From positions 1 through 55,819 of the IMG/VR virus record IMGVR_UViG_3300044832_000059: a stretch of DNA of 55,819 nt; one strand, 5' to 3'. Shown piece after piece: positions 18,138-28,045 of this stretch (the stretch's first letter is position 1; each line of letters starts with the position of its first letter). Below the pieces are notes generated by a model. That model was not told where the DNA came from, did no database searches, and saw only the letters and a program-made list of their open reading frames with translations. A program made the translations under genes and the position numbers. This stretch comes from a virus (Duplodnaviria > Caudoviricetes).

Positions 18138-18295
18138 TGCAAGAAATTGAAGTAGTACTAGAGATAATGCGTAAACAGTTGCAGGATCAGATCGCTCGTG
18201 GGTATGGGATTGCTTCATTTGCCATTCATATTCAGGATGGGAAGATCGTTCTTATTAAGTATAATCAAGAAGTCTCCATGAAGATCGGCTCTTGA
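18137..18295 (+). CDS. Small protein (52 aa), GYG...IHIQDGKIVLI type
   Basis: TAATG coupling to the terL stop; my translation. Confidence 0.5.
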   Translation: MQEIEVVLEIMRKQLQDQIARGYGIASFAIHIQDGKIVLIKYNQEVSMKIGS

Positions 18296-18309
18296 TTTAC
18301 GGTAGATAG

Positions 18310-18738
18310 TTGTTTAGAGTAAAGTGTATGCGATGGTATCATCTTTTTGTTCTTCCTCGTTATATTTCAGGACTAGAGGATCGTCTTTCGGGGCTTGAGA
18401 AGACTGCTGTTCTTTATCCAACCTTTAAACAGTTAGAGCAAGAGGTAGTGGATCAGAAGCAAGAGTTCTCTTATTTTAAAGATACGATTGAAGCTCTTGA
18501 AAAGAAGTTTGCTCCGTTAGGTGCTCCGAATGAGATTGAGGATGAGGATGATGGATCAATTGAGATAGATGAGAACTATCGAATCCCGATTGTTGATGGT
18601 ATAAGTATACGAGAAGAAGGTAAGAGTCAGGATTCGGCATCATCACTTCGAATCTATAGTCAAGCACATCCTGAAGTAATTACGAAGTCATCATTAAAGG
18701 CTTATGGATCAAGACAAAGCAAGAAGAAGATTAACTAG
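18310..18738 (+). CDS. Hypothetical protein
   Basis: ORF track; lies between terL and portal. Confidence 0.6.
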   Translation: MFRVKCMRWYHLFVLPRYISGLEDRLSGLEKTAVLYPTFKQLEQEVVDQKQEFSYFKDTIEALEKKFAPLGAPNEIEDEDDGSIEIDENYRIPIVDGISIREEGKSQDSASSLRIYSQAHPEVITKSSLKAYGSRQSKKKIN

Positions 18739-20854
18739 CGAACAACAGCGAGTTGAAGACTCAAAAACCTCAGATAATAAGGAGAAATCCCAACGTCGGA
18801 TGTTTATTGCTGATGGAAAAGAACTTCTTGGGAGAGCGGCAGATTCAAGACGACGATATGATTATGAATGGATGGTTCGGGATCTCTTCCGTCGTGGGTA
18901 TCACTTCAGTCGTTATCAACCAACAACACAAACAGTTATTCTTGCAAGTAAACAGTCTGCGAAGATTCCGATAAACCTTTGTGCTGCTGCAATGCGATCT
19001 ATTCGTAATCAAGTTACTTCATTTAAACCAAAGTGGGAATGTCTTCCTCGGTTCACTACAGAAGAATCAAAGGTGCAAGCTCGATATACGGGTATGTTTC
19101 TTGATTATCTCTTCGATCATCTCCGTCTTAAACATAAGATCAAAGAAACAATTACACAAGGACTCATAACCTCAGTAGGTATTTGGCGAGTATTGTATGA
19201 CGAACAGCGTAAGGAGGTTCGGATTTATCTTGTTGACCCTTTTGATTTGTATATTGATCCGTATGCTGAGACAGTTGATGATGCTGAGTATATGATTATG
19301 GCTGCTCGTAAACCTCTCTCGTGGGTTCTTAATAATCCTGATTATGATGAAGAGGCGAGGGCACAGATTGTTTCCCCTGAAGCACGACTTGCTTACTCTG
19401 AGTATAAGCAGTTCATGATTCAAGCTGTGAAGAACATGGCTCAGTATCAGACTGATCGCAATGCAACAGTTATTGTGTTTGATGGGGAGTTTCGTATATG
19501 GAAAGAGGGGAAGAGTTTTATTCGTCGAGCGATCTGGACAGATCAAAACACTGATCCACTCTATTATAAGGATACGGAAGAAGAGGATTACACTTTTGCA
19601 GTGTATCAAGCGGATATTAATCCTAAAGAAATTTATGGTGAGAGTTGGATGAAGCATACCATGCCTATTAATCGAGTCATTGATATGCTTGAGTCAAGCA
19701 TTTATGACTATAATCATCGAGTTGCAAAGGGAAGAATTGTTGTTGATAGAGATGCTGGGGTACGAACAATTCACAATGTACATGGTGAGATCATTTCAAA
19801 GAACAGAGGGTCAGAGGTGAGAGCACTTGATATGCCAGCTCTTCCTATCTCTGTTGCATCACAAGCAGAGCGAATGATGACATACTTTGAAGATATTTCA
19901 GGAGCACACGATGCTTCTCTTGGTCGTGTTCCTGCTGGAGTTAAGTCAGGTGTTGGAGTTGCAGAACTTAAACAGGCTGATTCAACAAATCAAGATGATC
20001 TTGTTGATAACCTTGAGGACTTTCTTGAGGATGTTGCTCGTAAAGTAATGAGTGTTGTTTCTAAAGAGTATACAAGCTATCAGGTTGTACAAGCATTAGG
20101 ACACGTTGAAGAAGAGGCAAAGTACTTCGCTGTTGTTGGAAAGGGTTCTGGGAAGAAGGGGAGTGCTGATGATGCTCATAAAGGTAAAGTTAAAATCGGT
20201 CCTGATTGGCTAGACCTTGTTGTTATTGGTGATGATAATAATGTACGGGTAACGGTTGGTTCATGGCTTGGATATACGAAAGAGATGATGCAACAGAAGG
20301 TTGAGAAGTATATTGCAGCAGGAATTATCGATCAGAAGACGGGACTTCGGTTGCTCGAATTTGGCAACATTGATTCGATTATTCAGGAAACACGTAAGGA
20401 GCAACTCCTAAAGTCTCGGTTGACACAGCAGCCACAACAGGGGCAACATCCAGGAGAACAAGATCAATATACTTTGGCACAGGTTGAAAATCAGATGCTT
20501 CTTGAAGGTAAACCAATAAAGCCAGATCCACATGATGACCATGAGGTGCATATTGCAGTTCATCAGGATGCGCTCGGTATGGGTGCAGATGACATGGTTG
20601 GACAGCATATTGAACTGCATCAACAATATGCGAATGCTCAATGGGGAACAGATCATGCAGCAGGGTCACAGCAACAAGAACAAGATCAACAAAGGAATCA
20701 GCAGGTACAGCAGCAAGGGCAACCTGATCCGAACGCACCACAAGATCCTAATGCAGGTATGCCTCCAACACCTCAAGGACAACCAAGGGGTGGGGGAGCA
20801 GTTGGTGGACCAATGCCACAGCCACCACAGGGAGGACAACCACCACAGGGGTAG
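18704..20854 (+). CDS. Portal protein
   Basis: 716 aa after terL. VDPFDLYIDP motif, FEDISGAHDASLG...SGVGV motif, DDHEVHI..H, Gln/Pro-rich tail. Confidence 0.9.
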   Translation: MDQDKARRRLTSEQQRVEDSKTSDNKEKSQRRMFIADGKELLGRAADSRRRYDYEWMVRDLFRRGYHFSRYQPTTQTVILASKQSAKIPINLCAAAMRSIRNQVTSFKPKWECLPRFTTEESKVQARYTGMFLDYLFDHLRLKHKIKETITQGLITSVGIWRVLYDEQRKEVRIYLVDPFDLYIDPYAETVDDAEYMIMAARKPLSWVLNNPDYDEEARAQIVSPEARLAYSEYKQFMIQAVKNMAQYQTDRNATVIVFDGEFRIWKEGKSFIRRAIWTDQNTDPLYYKDTEEEDYTFAVYQADINPKEIYGESWMKHTMPINRVIDMLESSIYDYNHRVAKGRIVVDRDAGVRTIHNVHGEIISKNRGSEVRALDMPALPISVASQAERMMTYFEDISGAHDASLGRVPAGVKSGVGVAELKQADSTNQDDLVDNLEDFLEDVARKVMSVVSKEYTSYQVVQALGHVEEEAKYFAVVGKGSGKKGSADDAHKGKVKIGPDWLDLVVIGDDNNVRVTVGSWLGYTKEMMQQKVEKYIAAGIIDQKTGLRLLEFGNIDSIIQETRKEQLLKSRLTQQPQQGQHPGEQDQYTLAQVENQMLLEGKPIKPDPHDDHEVHIAVHQDALGMGADDMVGQHIELHQQYANAQWGTDHAAGSQQQEQDQQRNQQVQQQGQPDPNAPQDPNAGMPPTPQGQPRGGGAVGGPMPQPPQGGQPPQG

Positions 20855-20877
20855 TAAGAAAGGAGGTGTATTGATCT

Positions 20878-21012
20878 ATGGCAGTAAATAAAAAGAAAAC
20901 ATCAGTTAAAGGAAATCCTTTTCAGGCTGGTAAAAAAGTAGCAATTAAAGGAAATCCTTTTCAATCTGGTAAGAAACAATCAGTTAAAGGAAAAAAAGTA
21001 GCTTACAAGTAA
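20878..21012 (+). CDS. Small Lys-rich repeat peptide (44 aa)
   Basis: MAVNKKKTSVKGNPFQAGKKVAIKGNPFQSGKKQSVKGKKVAYK; SD AAGGAGGTG. Confidence 0.7.
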   Translation: MAVNKKKTSVKGNPFQAGKKVAIKGNPFQSGKKQSVKGKKVAYK

Positions 21013-21077
21013 TATAATCACTCTTGACTTTTCTTAGGAACTTGTTTAATTTGGTTATAGTATAGGTAAGAGGACAT

Positions 21078-21112
21078 ACCTCAGCCCCAAAGAAATGGGC
21101 TGAGGTTTTTTT
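21078..21112 (+). terminator. Intrinsic terminator hairpin
   Basis: ACCTCAGCCC/GGGCTGAGGT plus T run. Confidence 0.75.
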
Positions 21113-21244
21113 ATGCGAACAATTAAGAAAAAGCCCAAGATGAGTGGGCGGATGAAACGAGCTGTAGGGATTGTTACAGAATCACGTAGAGGAATTGGAT
21201 CTCATGGAAGATCAAAGGGGTCACGAAGAGGGAGTACAAGATAA
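21113..21244 (+). CDS. Small Arg/Lys-rich peptide (43 aa)
   Basis: MRTIKKKPKMSGRMKR...RSKGSRRGSTR. Confidence 0.45.
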   Translation: MRTIKKKPKMSGRMKRAVGIVTESRRGIGSHGRSKGSRRGSTR

Positions 21245-21246
21245 CT

Positions 21247-21417
21247 ATGGCATCAATTAAAAAATCACCATCGCTAAGACAAACAAAGATCTCTGTAAAG
21301 GGATTGAGTTCTAAGGCAATGAAATCTCCTTCAATGAAAATGCCTAAGATGGCTATTGCAAAAGTAAAAGCACCAAAGAAAGCAGCTAAGGGTAAAGCTG
21401 TGAAGATCAAACTTTAA
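21247..21417 (+). CDS. Histone-H1-like Lys/Ala-rich peptide (56 aa)
   Basis: MASIKKSPSLRQTK...AKVKAPKKAAKGKAVKIKL. Confidence 0.65.
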   Translation: MASIKKSPSLRQTKISVKGLSSKAMKSPSMKMPKMAIAKVKAPKKAAKGKAVKIKL

Positions 21418-21421
21418 TTAT

Positions 21422-21634
21422 ATGCCATTACGAGTATTTACAGATAAATTACAGAAAATTGCAAAGGAAATGCCTGGAATGGAAGGGGATATCGAACCCG
21501 TAGATGCATGGGGTGGATATGTTGCTGTTGATAAATATGCTCCAGACAATCTAGCTAAGACACAAGATAATATTCAATGGAAAATACAACTCAAATCAGT
21601 AAATGACTTTGACAAGGAGGTGAGACCAAAATAA
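21422..21634 (+). CDS. Hypothetical protein
   Basis: ORF track; head operon. Confidence 0.6.
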   Translation: MPLRVFTDKLQKIAKEMPGMEGDIEPVDAWGGYVAVDKYAPDNLAKTQDNIQWKIQLKSVNDFDKEVRPK

Positions 21635-21636
21635 CT

Positions 21637-21930
21637 ATGGCAGTTTCAAAGAATCCAATAGCAAATAAGAATTATGAAGGTCCCGTACACGGAGGAGAGG
21701 GAAAAGATAAACTGAAAATTTCAGGGGAACCTGAGTTCTCAGGGGTATATCGTTCCGCTCCTAATCCTAAGCTTTCACCTGCGGTTGGGTATACATCCAA
21801 ACGAGATGGAGCAGAGGATTCAGCAGGATCAATTAATAGTAAAGTAGGAACAACGGGTTATGGTGGACCACAACGGTTTACGCCTAAAAACCTTGGTGAT
21901 CGTCACCCTGATGACTTACAACGTTCGTAA
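21637..21930 (+). CDS. Hypothetical disordered Gly/Pro-rich protein
   Basis: SD AAGGAGGTG upstream. Confidence 0.6.
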   Translation: MAVSKNPIANKNYEGPVHGGEGKDKLKISGEPEFSGVYRSAPNPKLSPAVGYTSKRDGAEDSAGSINSKVGTTGYGGPQRFTPKNLGDRHPDDLQRS

Positions 21931-22076
21931 TATTACGCTCCATTCTTCTCACAACGGGGAATGGGGGGCAAGATTATGAAGCATTTCGCAACCTGATAGC
22001 TCGTACAGGTGTTAGCTATAACTAGAATAGTCGGTTCGTGAACGTTATTACAGAGAGAAAGGACGGTGAGAAGCAA

Positions 22077-22841
22077 ATGACTGATGAATTAAATCAAATG
22101 CTTCAAGGCGAGAACCAGGATTCTCCCGCTGAAACACAATCAGAAGATACAAGTTCTGGGTCTTATTCTGATACTGGTGCTGATGGCACTCAAGGAACAG
22201 AAGGATCAGATGAGGAGGCAGAGTGGAATAAACTCTCGGGAAATGCGACTGATAGATTTCGTAAGGTTTACAATGAACGGCAACGTTTCATACAGGAAAA
22301 CCAGAAACTACGAGATCTCATATCGCAAGGAGGTGTAGCGCAAGATCAATCAGGAGGAATTAAAATAACTCCACAGGTTGAGCAAGCGGTGAAACAACTT
22401 GATACTGTTGGGATTGCAACGAAAGAATACGTGCAAAAACAAGTTCAAGATATCCTTGCACAGAAGACGTATTACGATGAGTTAGGGAAACTTGAGTCTA
22501 AACTCGATGGAGCTGATGGGAAGCCACGATTTGCAAGAGAAGAATACTTCGACTATGTAGATCGTCACCCCCAATACAAAAATTACTTACCAGAAGATGT
22601 CTATGAAAAGATGTTTACTGAAGAATTAGGTAATTGGAAATCAGACAATCGAGGGACGCAAGGACAGACCCAAAGACGCTCTCAAGCACTGAGACCGACC
22701 CGAACTGCATCAAGGGAGACTGACTTAACGGTTGATGAGATCGAGGCAAAGTTAAAATCTTTACCCGAACCTCAGCGATCAGCATGGTATCAAGCTAATC
22801 AAAAAAAGATTAATGATGCTGTACAAAAAGCAGGTTCCTAA
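22077..22841 (+). CDS. Capsid scaffolding protein
   Basis: Acidic N-terminus, DRFRKVYNER coiled coil, immediately upstream of the major capsid gene. Confidence 0.75.
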   Translation: MTDELNQMLQGENQDSPAETQSEDTSSGSYSDTGADGTQGTEGSDEEAEWNKLSGNATDRFRKVYNERQRFIQENQKLRDLISQGGVAQDQSGGIKITPQVEQAVKQLDTVGIATKEYVQKQVQDILAQKTYYDELGKLESKLDGADGKPRFAREEYFDYVDRHPQYKNYLPEDVYEKMFTEELGNWKSDNRGTQGQTQRRSQALRPTRTASRETDLTVDEIEAKLKSLPEPQRSAWYQANQKKINDAVQKAGS

Positions 22842-22924
22842 GTTTCGCTAAGACTCACCTTCTCATTCAATACCGTCGCTGTTTTATAACAGAATTTAAC
22901 ATTGAAAGGGGGTGAGTTTTTTAT

Positions 22925-23785
22925 ATGGCAAATATTACTACTACTACAGCAGCAGTTTTTCTTCCAACCCTTTGGTCGGTTGAAACATTGCGAGCTACAG
23001 AGACTGCACTTGTTGCTGCTGGTTTGGTGAAGAGATACGATGCTCTGGTTCAGGCTCGTGGTCAAACAATCAACATTCCAAACATTTCTAATTTGGTTGC
23101 GAATGCAAAGGTTGCAAACACCGCTGTGTCAACGCAAGCAATTACTGAAACGCAAACACAGCTTAACGTTAATAAATGGTATGAGTCTTCTTTTGAAATT
23201 GAGGACATGGTTTCTGTTCAAGCAAACTATGATCTTCGATCTGAATACTCAGAGAAAGCTGGATATGCAATTGCAAAACAGGTTGATACTGACTTGTTAG
23301 CATTGTGGAATACCTTTACTACAACAGCACAGGGGTCTTATGCAATTGATGTTTCAGATGCAGTTCTTGTATCGGCAATTCTCCAATTAAATTTGGCAGA
23401 CATGCCGCTTGAGAATCGTGCATTTATTATCCATCCTAATCAGTTGGCAGCTATCATGAAAATTGATAAGTTTGTTAAGGCTGATTACAATGGTGAATAT
23501 CAGTTGCCGACACCTGTTAAGAAAGGTCCAAACAGTCGGTATATGTGGGGAGAAATCTATGGAATTCCTGTGTATTACACAACGAATATTCCTGTGATTG
23601 CTTCGACACCAACCCAAACGCACAATGTGTTAATTCACAAAGAGGCATGGGCTTTGGCACTTCAGCAAGCACCACGTTTACAGGCAGCTTATTGGCTACC
23701 TGATCTTGCATGGAAAGTTGTTGTTGACGTTATTTACGGAATCACAGCTCTTCGTACGACAGGAGGTGTTGAGGTTAAGAGTTAG
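22925..23785 (+). CDS. Major capsid protein (P22-coat/N4-gp56-like HK97 fold)
   Basis: FLPTLWS, GQTINIP, AGYAIAKQVDTD, GEIYGIPVY, DVIYG; strong SD. Confidence 0.92.
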   Translation: MANITTTTAAVFLPTLWSVETLRATETALVAAGLVKRYDALVQARGQTINIPNISNLVANAKVANTAVSTQAITETQTQLNVNKWYESSFEIEDMVSVQANYDLRSEYSEKAGYAIAKQVDTDLLALWNTFTTTAQGSYAIDVSDAVLVSAILQLNLADMPLENRAFIIHPNQLAAIMKIDKFVKADYNGEYQLPTPVKKGPNSRYMWGEIYGIPVYYTTNIPVIASTPTQTHNVLIHKEAWALALQQAPRLQAAYWLPDLAWKVVVDVIYGITALRTTGGVEVKS

Positions 23786-23848
23786 TTCACTAACTTTTTA
23801 TGGAGTGGTAAGTGGTTTCGGCACTTATCACTCCTACTCAACTTTTAT

Positions 23849-24160
23849 ATGAAAATTATTACTGTTGGATCACATTTGCCAAGAGACACGGAACATCTTG
23901 TTATTACTTTAACTGATGAACCTGTTATGTATTTTTTTCAAAGGCAAGTTGATGATATTTTAATTACATCTCCTGATGGGGATGTTTTGTTGTGTTGGGA
24001 TGTTGTTCATGAAAGTGAATGGGATGATAATAATTGCATACTTTTACAATCAAGAGAAAGTATGAAGGAGATTGGGAATATTAAGACTAGTCTTATAGCA
24101 ATGAAAGCAAGGGAGTCTGGTAAATCATTAAAGGTTTACTTGACTGCTCAAATAAATTAA
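23849..24160 (+). CDS. Hypothetical protein
   Basis: ORF track. Confidence 0.55.
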   Translation: MKIITVGSHLPRDTEHLVITLTDEPVMYFFQRQVDDILITSPDGDVLLCWDVVHESEWDDNNCILLQSRESMKEIGNIKTSLIAMKARESGKSLKVYLTAQIN

Positions 24161-24184
24161 TTTGAAGGGAGGTGAAAGATTTAT

Positions 24185-24541
24185 ATGTTAAAAACATACA
24201 TTAATACATCTAACCTAGCAACAGGAGGAGTTGCTCTTGACGCTACAGGGGGAGATGTTGAGATAGTAAAACTTATTATTGGTAATCCAGTTGCTTCTGC
24301 AAATATTTATATTTACGATGAAAGTAATGTTGGAAATATTTCAACAAATACTACAGGGCTTGTATCTAAACTTACACTTCCTGCATCGTTTGCAACGGGA
24401 CAATTACCGTTTACAATAGACCTTACCGATGGGGGTGGACATGGAATAATTCTTGGACAGGGTGGAACTGTTGGTATTGACCAAGCGCTCCAACTAACGG
24501 TTATCTATGGTCCTTCTCAACAAGAAGGTAATACTATATAG
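24185..24541 (+). CDS. Small beta-rich virion (decoration-like) protein
   Basis: Position after the capsid gene; strong SD. Confidence 0.55.
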   Translation: MLKTYINTSNLATGGVALDATGGDVEIVKLIIGNPVASANIYIYDESNVGNISTNTTGLVSKLTLPASFATGQLPFTIDLTDGGGHGIILGQGGTVGIDQALQLTVIYGPSQQEGNTI

Positions 24542-24614
24542 TTTTTTGGTTTCTTCTATCGTTCTTTGGGCAGGAGGACGATAGGAATAAGCTAAGAAAG
24601 GAAGGAGGTATTTT

Positions 24615-24893
24615 ATGGCAGATAGTTCAATTATCGCAAGACATAGTTCGTCAGTTCCCAATTCGGGTCAGACCGTAATTGATTTTGGTACAACAGTACA
24701 GCAGCTTATTTTTACTGTTTTAACAAATGATATTTTTGTTGAATTTAATGGTTCAGTTAATACGGATAGTTTTAGAATCGAAGCAGCTCAACCGTCACTT
24801 GTAATTGACTGTAAGGGTTCAAATGTTCGATATATCAGTATAGTTTCAGCAACTGGTACGGCAAATGTGTACGTTCTTGGAATCGTAGCATAG
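24615..24893 (+). CDS. Small beta-rich virion protein
   Basis: SD GGAGGT; jelly-roll-like composition. Confidence 0.55.
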   Translation: MADSSIIARHSSSVPNSGQTVIDFGTTVQQLIFTVLTNDIFVEFNGSVNTDSFRIEAAQPSLVIDCKGSNVRYISIVSATGTANVYVLGIVA

Positions 24894-24902
24894 AAAAATA
24901 TT

Positions 24903-25637
24903 ATGGCTAAAACATTTTCAGATTTACAAGTTGGTACTCGTGTTTATCTTGATGAGGCAAGTGCTGCTGATTTTCTTGATACACAAGTAAAGCGATCAAT
25001 TAATTATGCATATCATCAGGTTATTACGGGAATAATTGGTGTGTATCAAGGGTATCGAGAAACGACAACACCATTTACTTATGCAGTTGTTGCAAATCAA
25101 CAAGAATACCTGATTGACTCAACAATTATTAAACCGACACGAGTTGAGATTAATTATTCTCCACGAACATCTGGATCAGTTCCTCTTCGGGCAATACCTA
25201 TAAAGATGGAGGAGGCTCTTCTTAATATTTCAAATTCGGCAACAAGCGGATCAGTGTTTAATGCTGGGTATTATATTCATGGAGATATAGGATTGCAATA
25301 TATTGGTTTCATTCCGATCCCACAACAGGGGGATTTAACAGGTAAATCAATATCGGTGTGGGGATATGCGTTACCAACGGATCTTGTTAACTCTACGGAT
25401 CAACCACTCATTCCTTATGTTGATGCATGGGGATATCTGATTGAGCTTAAGGCTGCTCAGATCTTAATGAGTAAAGGACAAGAGAATGAAGCCGTTGCAT
25501 CTCAATATTCAAATATGTATGAGCAAGGATTGTCAAAGTATGTGCAATTCCTTTATGAGAGACAGGCAGACGGAGTGAATATGATTGTTGATTCTGAGCT
25601 TGATAATCTTGACTTTTCTACTTTGCCTCCATTTTAG
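24903..25637 (+). CDS. Head-tail adaptor protein
   Basis: MAKTFSDL...INYAY...NQQEYL...IGFIPIP...PLIP pattern of podovirus adaptors. Confidence 0.7.
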   Translation: MAKTFSDLQVGTRVYLDEASAADFLDTQVKRSINYAYHQVITGIIGVYQGYRETTTPFTYAVVANQQEYLIDSTIIKPTRVEINYSPRTSGSVPLRAIPIKMEEALLNISNSATSGSVFNAGYYIHGDIGLQYIGFIPIPQQGDLTGKSISVWGYALPTDLVNSTDQPLIPYVDAWGYLIELKAAQILMSKGQENEAVASQYSNMYEQGLSKYVQFLYERQADGVNMIVDSELDNLDFSTLPPF

Positions 25638-25649
25638 AGTAAAATAATT

Positions 25650-27473
25650 ATGCAAAAAATTAACAATTCAATCAAAGAAGAAAAGTTTTTAGGATACAAC
25701 GATAATCTTCCTGCGCAACTTATACAGCCAGGACAGTTTGCTAGTCTTCTTAATGTTCGTATTTCAAATGGAAAGATAGCTAAGGCAACAGGGACATCAA
25801 ACATTGCACCTCAAATTGCTAATCAACAATTTACTGGATTAGCAGAGCTTGAGAATCTAGCAACAGGATCAAAATATATTGTCGCTTCCCTTAATGGAGC
25901 AAGTAATGCGAGCTGGTATTCATGGAGTGGGTCAGGGAGTTTCGCTGCTATTTCTGGGGCAAACACATTGACTAATAGTGCTAATTTCTCTTTTGAAACG
26001 GCAGTCAATGTTTTGTATGGACTTAATGGTAAAGAGGTAGGTTCATGGGATGGAACAACGTTTACCAAGAACCCAGGTAGCATCCCTAAGGGGTATTTCC
26101 CCATTTGGTTTCATAATTATCTCTTTGTTGCCAGGACTGACAGTTTTCCTAATAGATTATATTGGAGTGCTCTTGGGCAACCGACTAACTTTGCAGGAGA
26201 TGTCTTAACGATTAGCGTCGGATCGGGAGGGAATGGATATGTGGTTGGTGATAAATTAACTATTACAAATATTACAGGACAACCTGCAACGGTAAGTGTT
26301 ACAACGGTTTCATCAGGTGCTGTGACGGGCGTATCGCTTCTCTCCGCAGGGACAGGTTATACCGTAACAAGTGCTATGGCAGTAACAGGGGGAACTGGTT
26401 CAGGAGCGACAATTAACGTTCTGAGTGTCGGTACGACAACTGCTGCCAATTTCATTGATATCAATCCAGGTGACGGTGATGAGATCATGGGTCTTGGAAT
26501 CTTGAATGATGAACTCTTTGTCTTTAAGAGAAGTACTATCTGGTCGATTACGGGATTCTCAGGTTCTACATTTTCAGTATCGACGGTTAATTCGCAGAAT
26601 ACTAATAATCGAATTAAGGGATATGGTTGTATTGCTTCAGGATCGATTGTTTCGACAGGGCAAGATCTTTATTTTCTTTCTTTTGTTGGTGATGTTCCAC
26701 ATATACGGTCACTTGTTAAGACTTCATTTGCAACAACAATTGAAGGCGGAGCTATTACGTCTGATATCACAGGTACGATGTCAGGGTTAAGTAAAACATC
26801 ACTTGGAACGTGCCAGGGAATTTATGATGGTCGCTATATTAAATGGGCTGTCGCAACGGGAGGCACAGCTCTTCCTGATTTAATTATTGAGCTTGATACA
26901 TATAGTATTGCAAAAAGTAGAGGAAGAACTATCTATCCGTTTGTAAAGCGAGGAGGATTACACCCGCACTTCTTTATTGTTTCAACAATATCAGGAACAG
27001 CGAAGGTATATTTTGCAGACTGGCTAAGCACTTCTCCGTACACGCAGGGAGTGGTATATCTGTTTGACTCGACAATCTATTCTGATCTTTTGGTTGCGAA
27101 TCAGATTCCTTTTCAGGTTATTACCAGAGCATATATGCCTGATCCTGCGAGAAAATGTAAGTATAAATATCTTTATCTTAGATATGATACGGGTCAGATA
27201 TCAATGCTTTCTATTAATAGCATAATTGACCAAGGAGATGCAGTTAATCAGGCAATACTGGACTTGAATACGGGTGACGGTAATAGGCTTGATTCTTTTG
27301 TTCTTGATACATCAACGCTTGGTGGGGGTAATTCTGTTGCATTACGAAGAATAGATTTATCAGGTATGATAGGTAAGACGGCTCAGTTCAATTTCTTTGA
27401 ATCAAGTAATGCTCCATTATCTCTTTATGATTTTGAAACATACTATATACCAAAGCCATTAAGATGGAACTAA
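25650..27473 (+). CDS. Tail tubular / DNA stabilization protein (P22 gp10-like beta-propeller)
   Basis: FHNYLFVA..NRLYWS, IMGLG..DELFVFK, GCIASGSI; 607 aa, follows the adaptor. Confidence 0.75.
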   Translation: MQKINNSIKEEKFLGYNDNLPAQLIQPGQFASLLNVRISNGKIAKATGTSNIAPQIANQQFTGLAELENLATGSKYIVASLNGASNASWYSWSGSGSFAAISGANTLTNSANFSFETAVNVLYGLNGKEVGSWDGTTFTKNPGSIPKGYFPIWFHNYLFVARTDSFPNRLYWSALGQPTNFAGDVLTISVGSGGNGYVVGDKLTITNITGQPATVSVTTVSSGAVTGVSLLSAGTGYTVTSAMAVTGGTGSGATINVLSVGTTTAANFIDINPGDGDEIMGLGILNDELFVFKRSTIWSITGFSGSTFSVSTVNSQNTNNRIKGYGCIASGSIVSTGQDLYFLSFVGDVPHIRSLVKTSFATTIEGGAITSDITGTMSGLSKTSLGTCQGIYDGRYIKWAVATGGTALPDLIIELDTYSIAKSRGRTIYPFVKRGGLHPHFFIVSTISGTAKVYFADWLSTSPYTQGVVYLFDSTIYSDLLVANQIPFQVITRAYMPDPARKCKYKYLYLRYDTGQISMLSINSIIDQGDAVNQAILDLNTGDGNRLDSFVLDTSTLGGGNSVALRRIDLSGMIGKTAQFNFFESSNAPLSLYDFETYYIPKPLRWN

Positions 27474-27477
27474 TTCT

Positions 27478-28041
27478 ATGAATGTGACCAGAACAACACA
27501 ATGGATCTCAGGACAAGTATTAACTGCTGCGTCTCTTAATACTGAGTTCAATAATCTTTTAAATGCACCAGGTATTGTCAATGCAGATGTATCAGGAAGT
27601 GCAGCTATTTCTCCATCAAAGATATTGTTTGGAGGATCGAATGGTCAATTTGTTAAGTCTGATGGAGCAGGAGGGTTGACGTATGCCAGTACTGCTGCTG
27701 TTAATAGAGCGTTTGGATTCTCTTCTCCTGGGGTTCAAGTTGTTGCTAATGATGTCTCATGGGACCCTACGGTTCCAGAGGCAATGACAGCAGTAAAGCT
27801 CTGGGCGTACTGCAAGACTGCTCCTACTGGGGCTTCATTAACAGTTCAAGTGTATGATATTACGCAAACAAGAGTTGTTGCGAGTGTATCAATTACTGCT
27901 GGAACTACTTCTGCCAATACAACTTCAATGACAAATGCTGCATTAACTGCTGGAGATGTTTTGCGGATGGATGTGACAGCAATTGGCTCTGGTGTAGCAG
28001 GTTCAGATGTGAGCATTGTACTTGAAACAACTCAGCCTTAA
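27478..28041 (+). CDS. Tail fibre/spike attachment protein
   Basis: W.SGQVLTAASLNTEF N-terminal motif; TAPTGA...AGDVLRMDV. Confidence 0.6.
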   Translation: MNVTRTTQWISGQVLTAASLNTEFNNLLNAPGIVNADVSGSAAISPSKILFGGSNGQFVKSDGAGGLTYASTAAVNRAFGFSSPGVQVVANDVSWDPTVPEAMTAVKLWAYCKTAPTGASLTVQVYDITQTRVVASVSITAGTTSANTTSMTNAALTAGDVLRMDVTAIGSGVAGSDVSIVLETTQP

Positions 28042-28045
28042 CACT

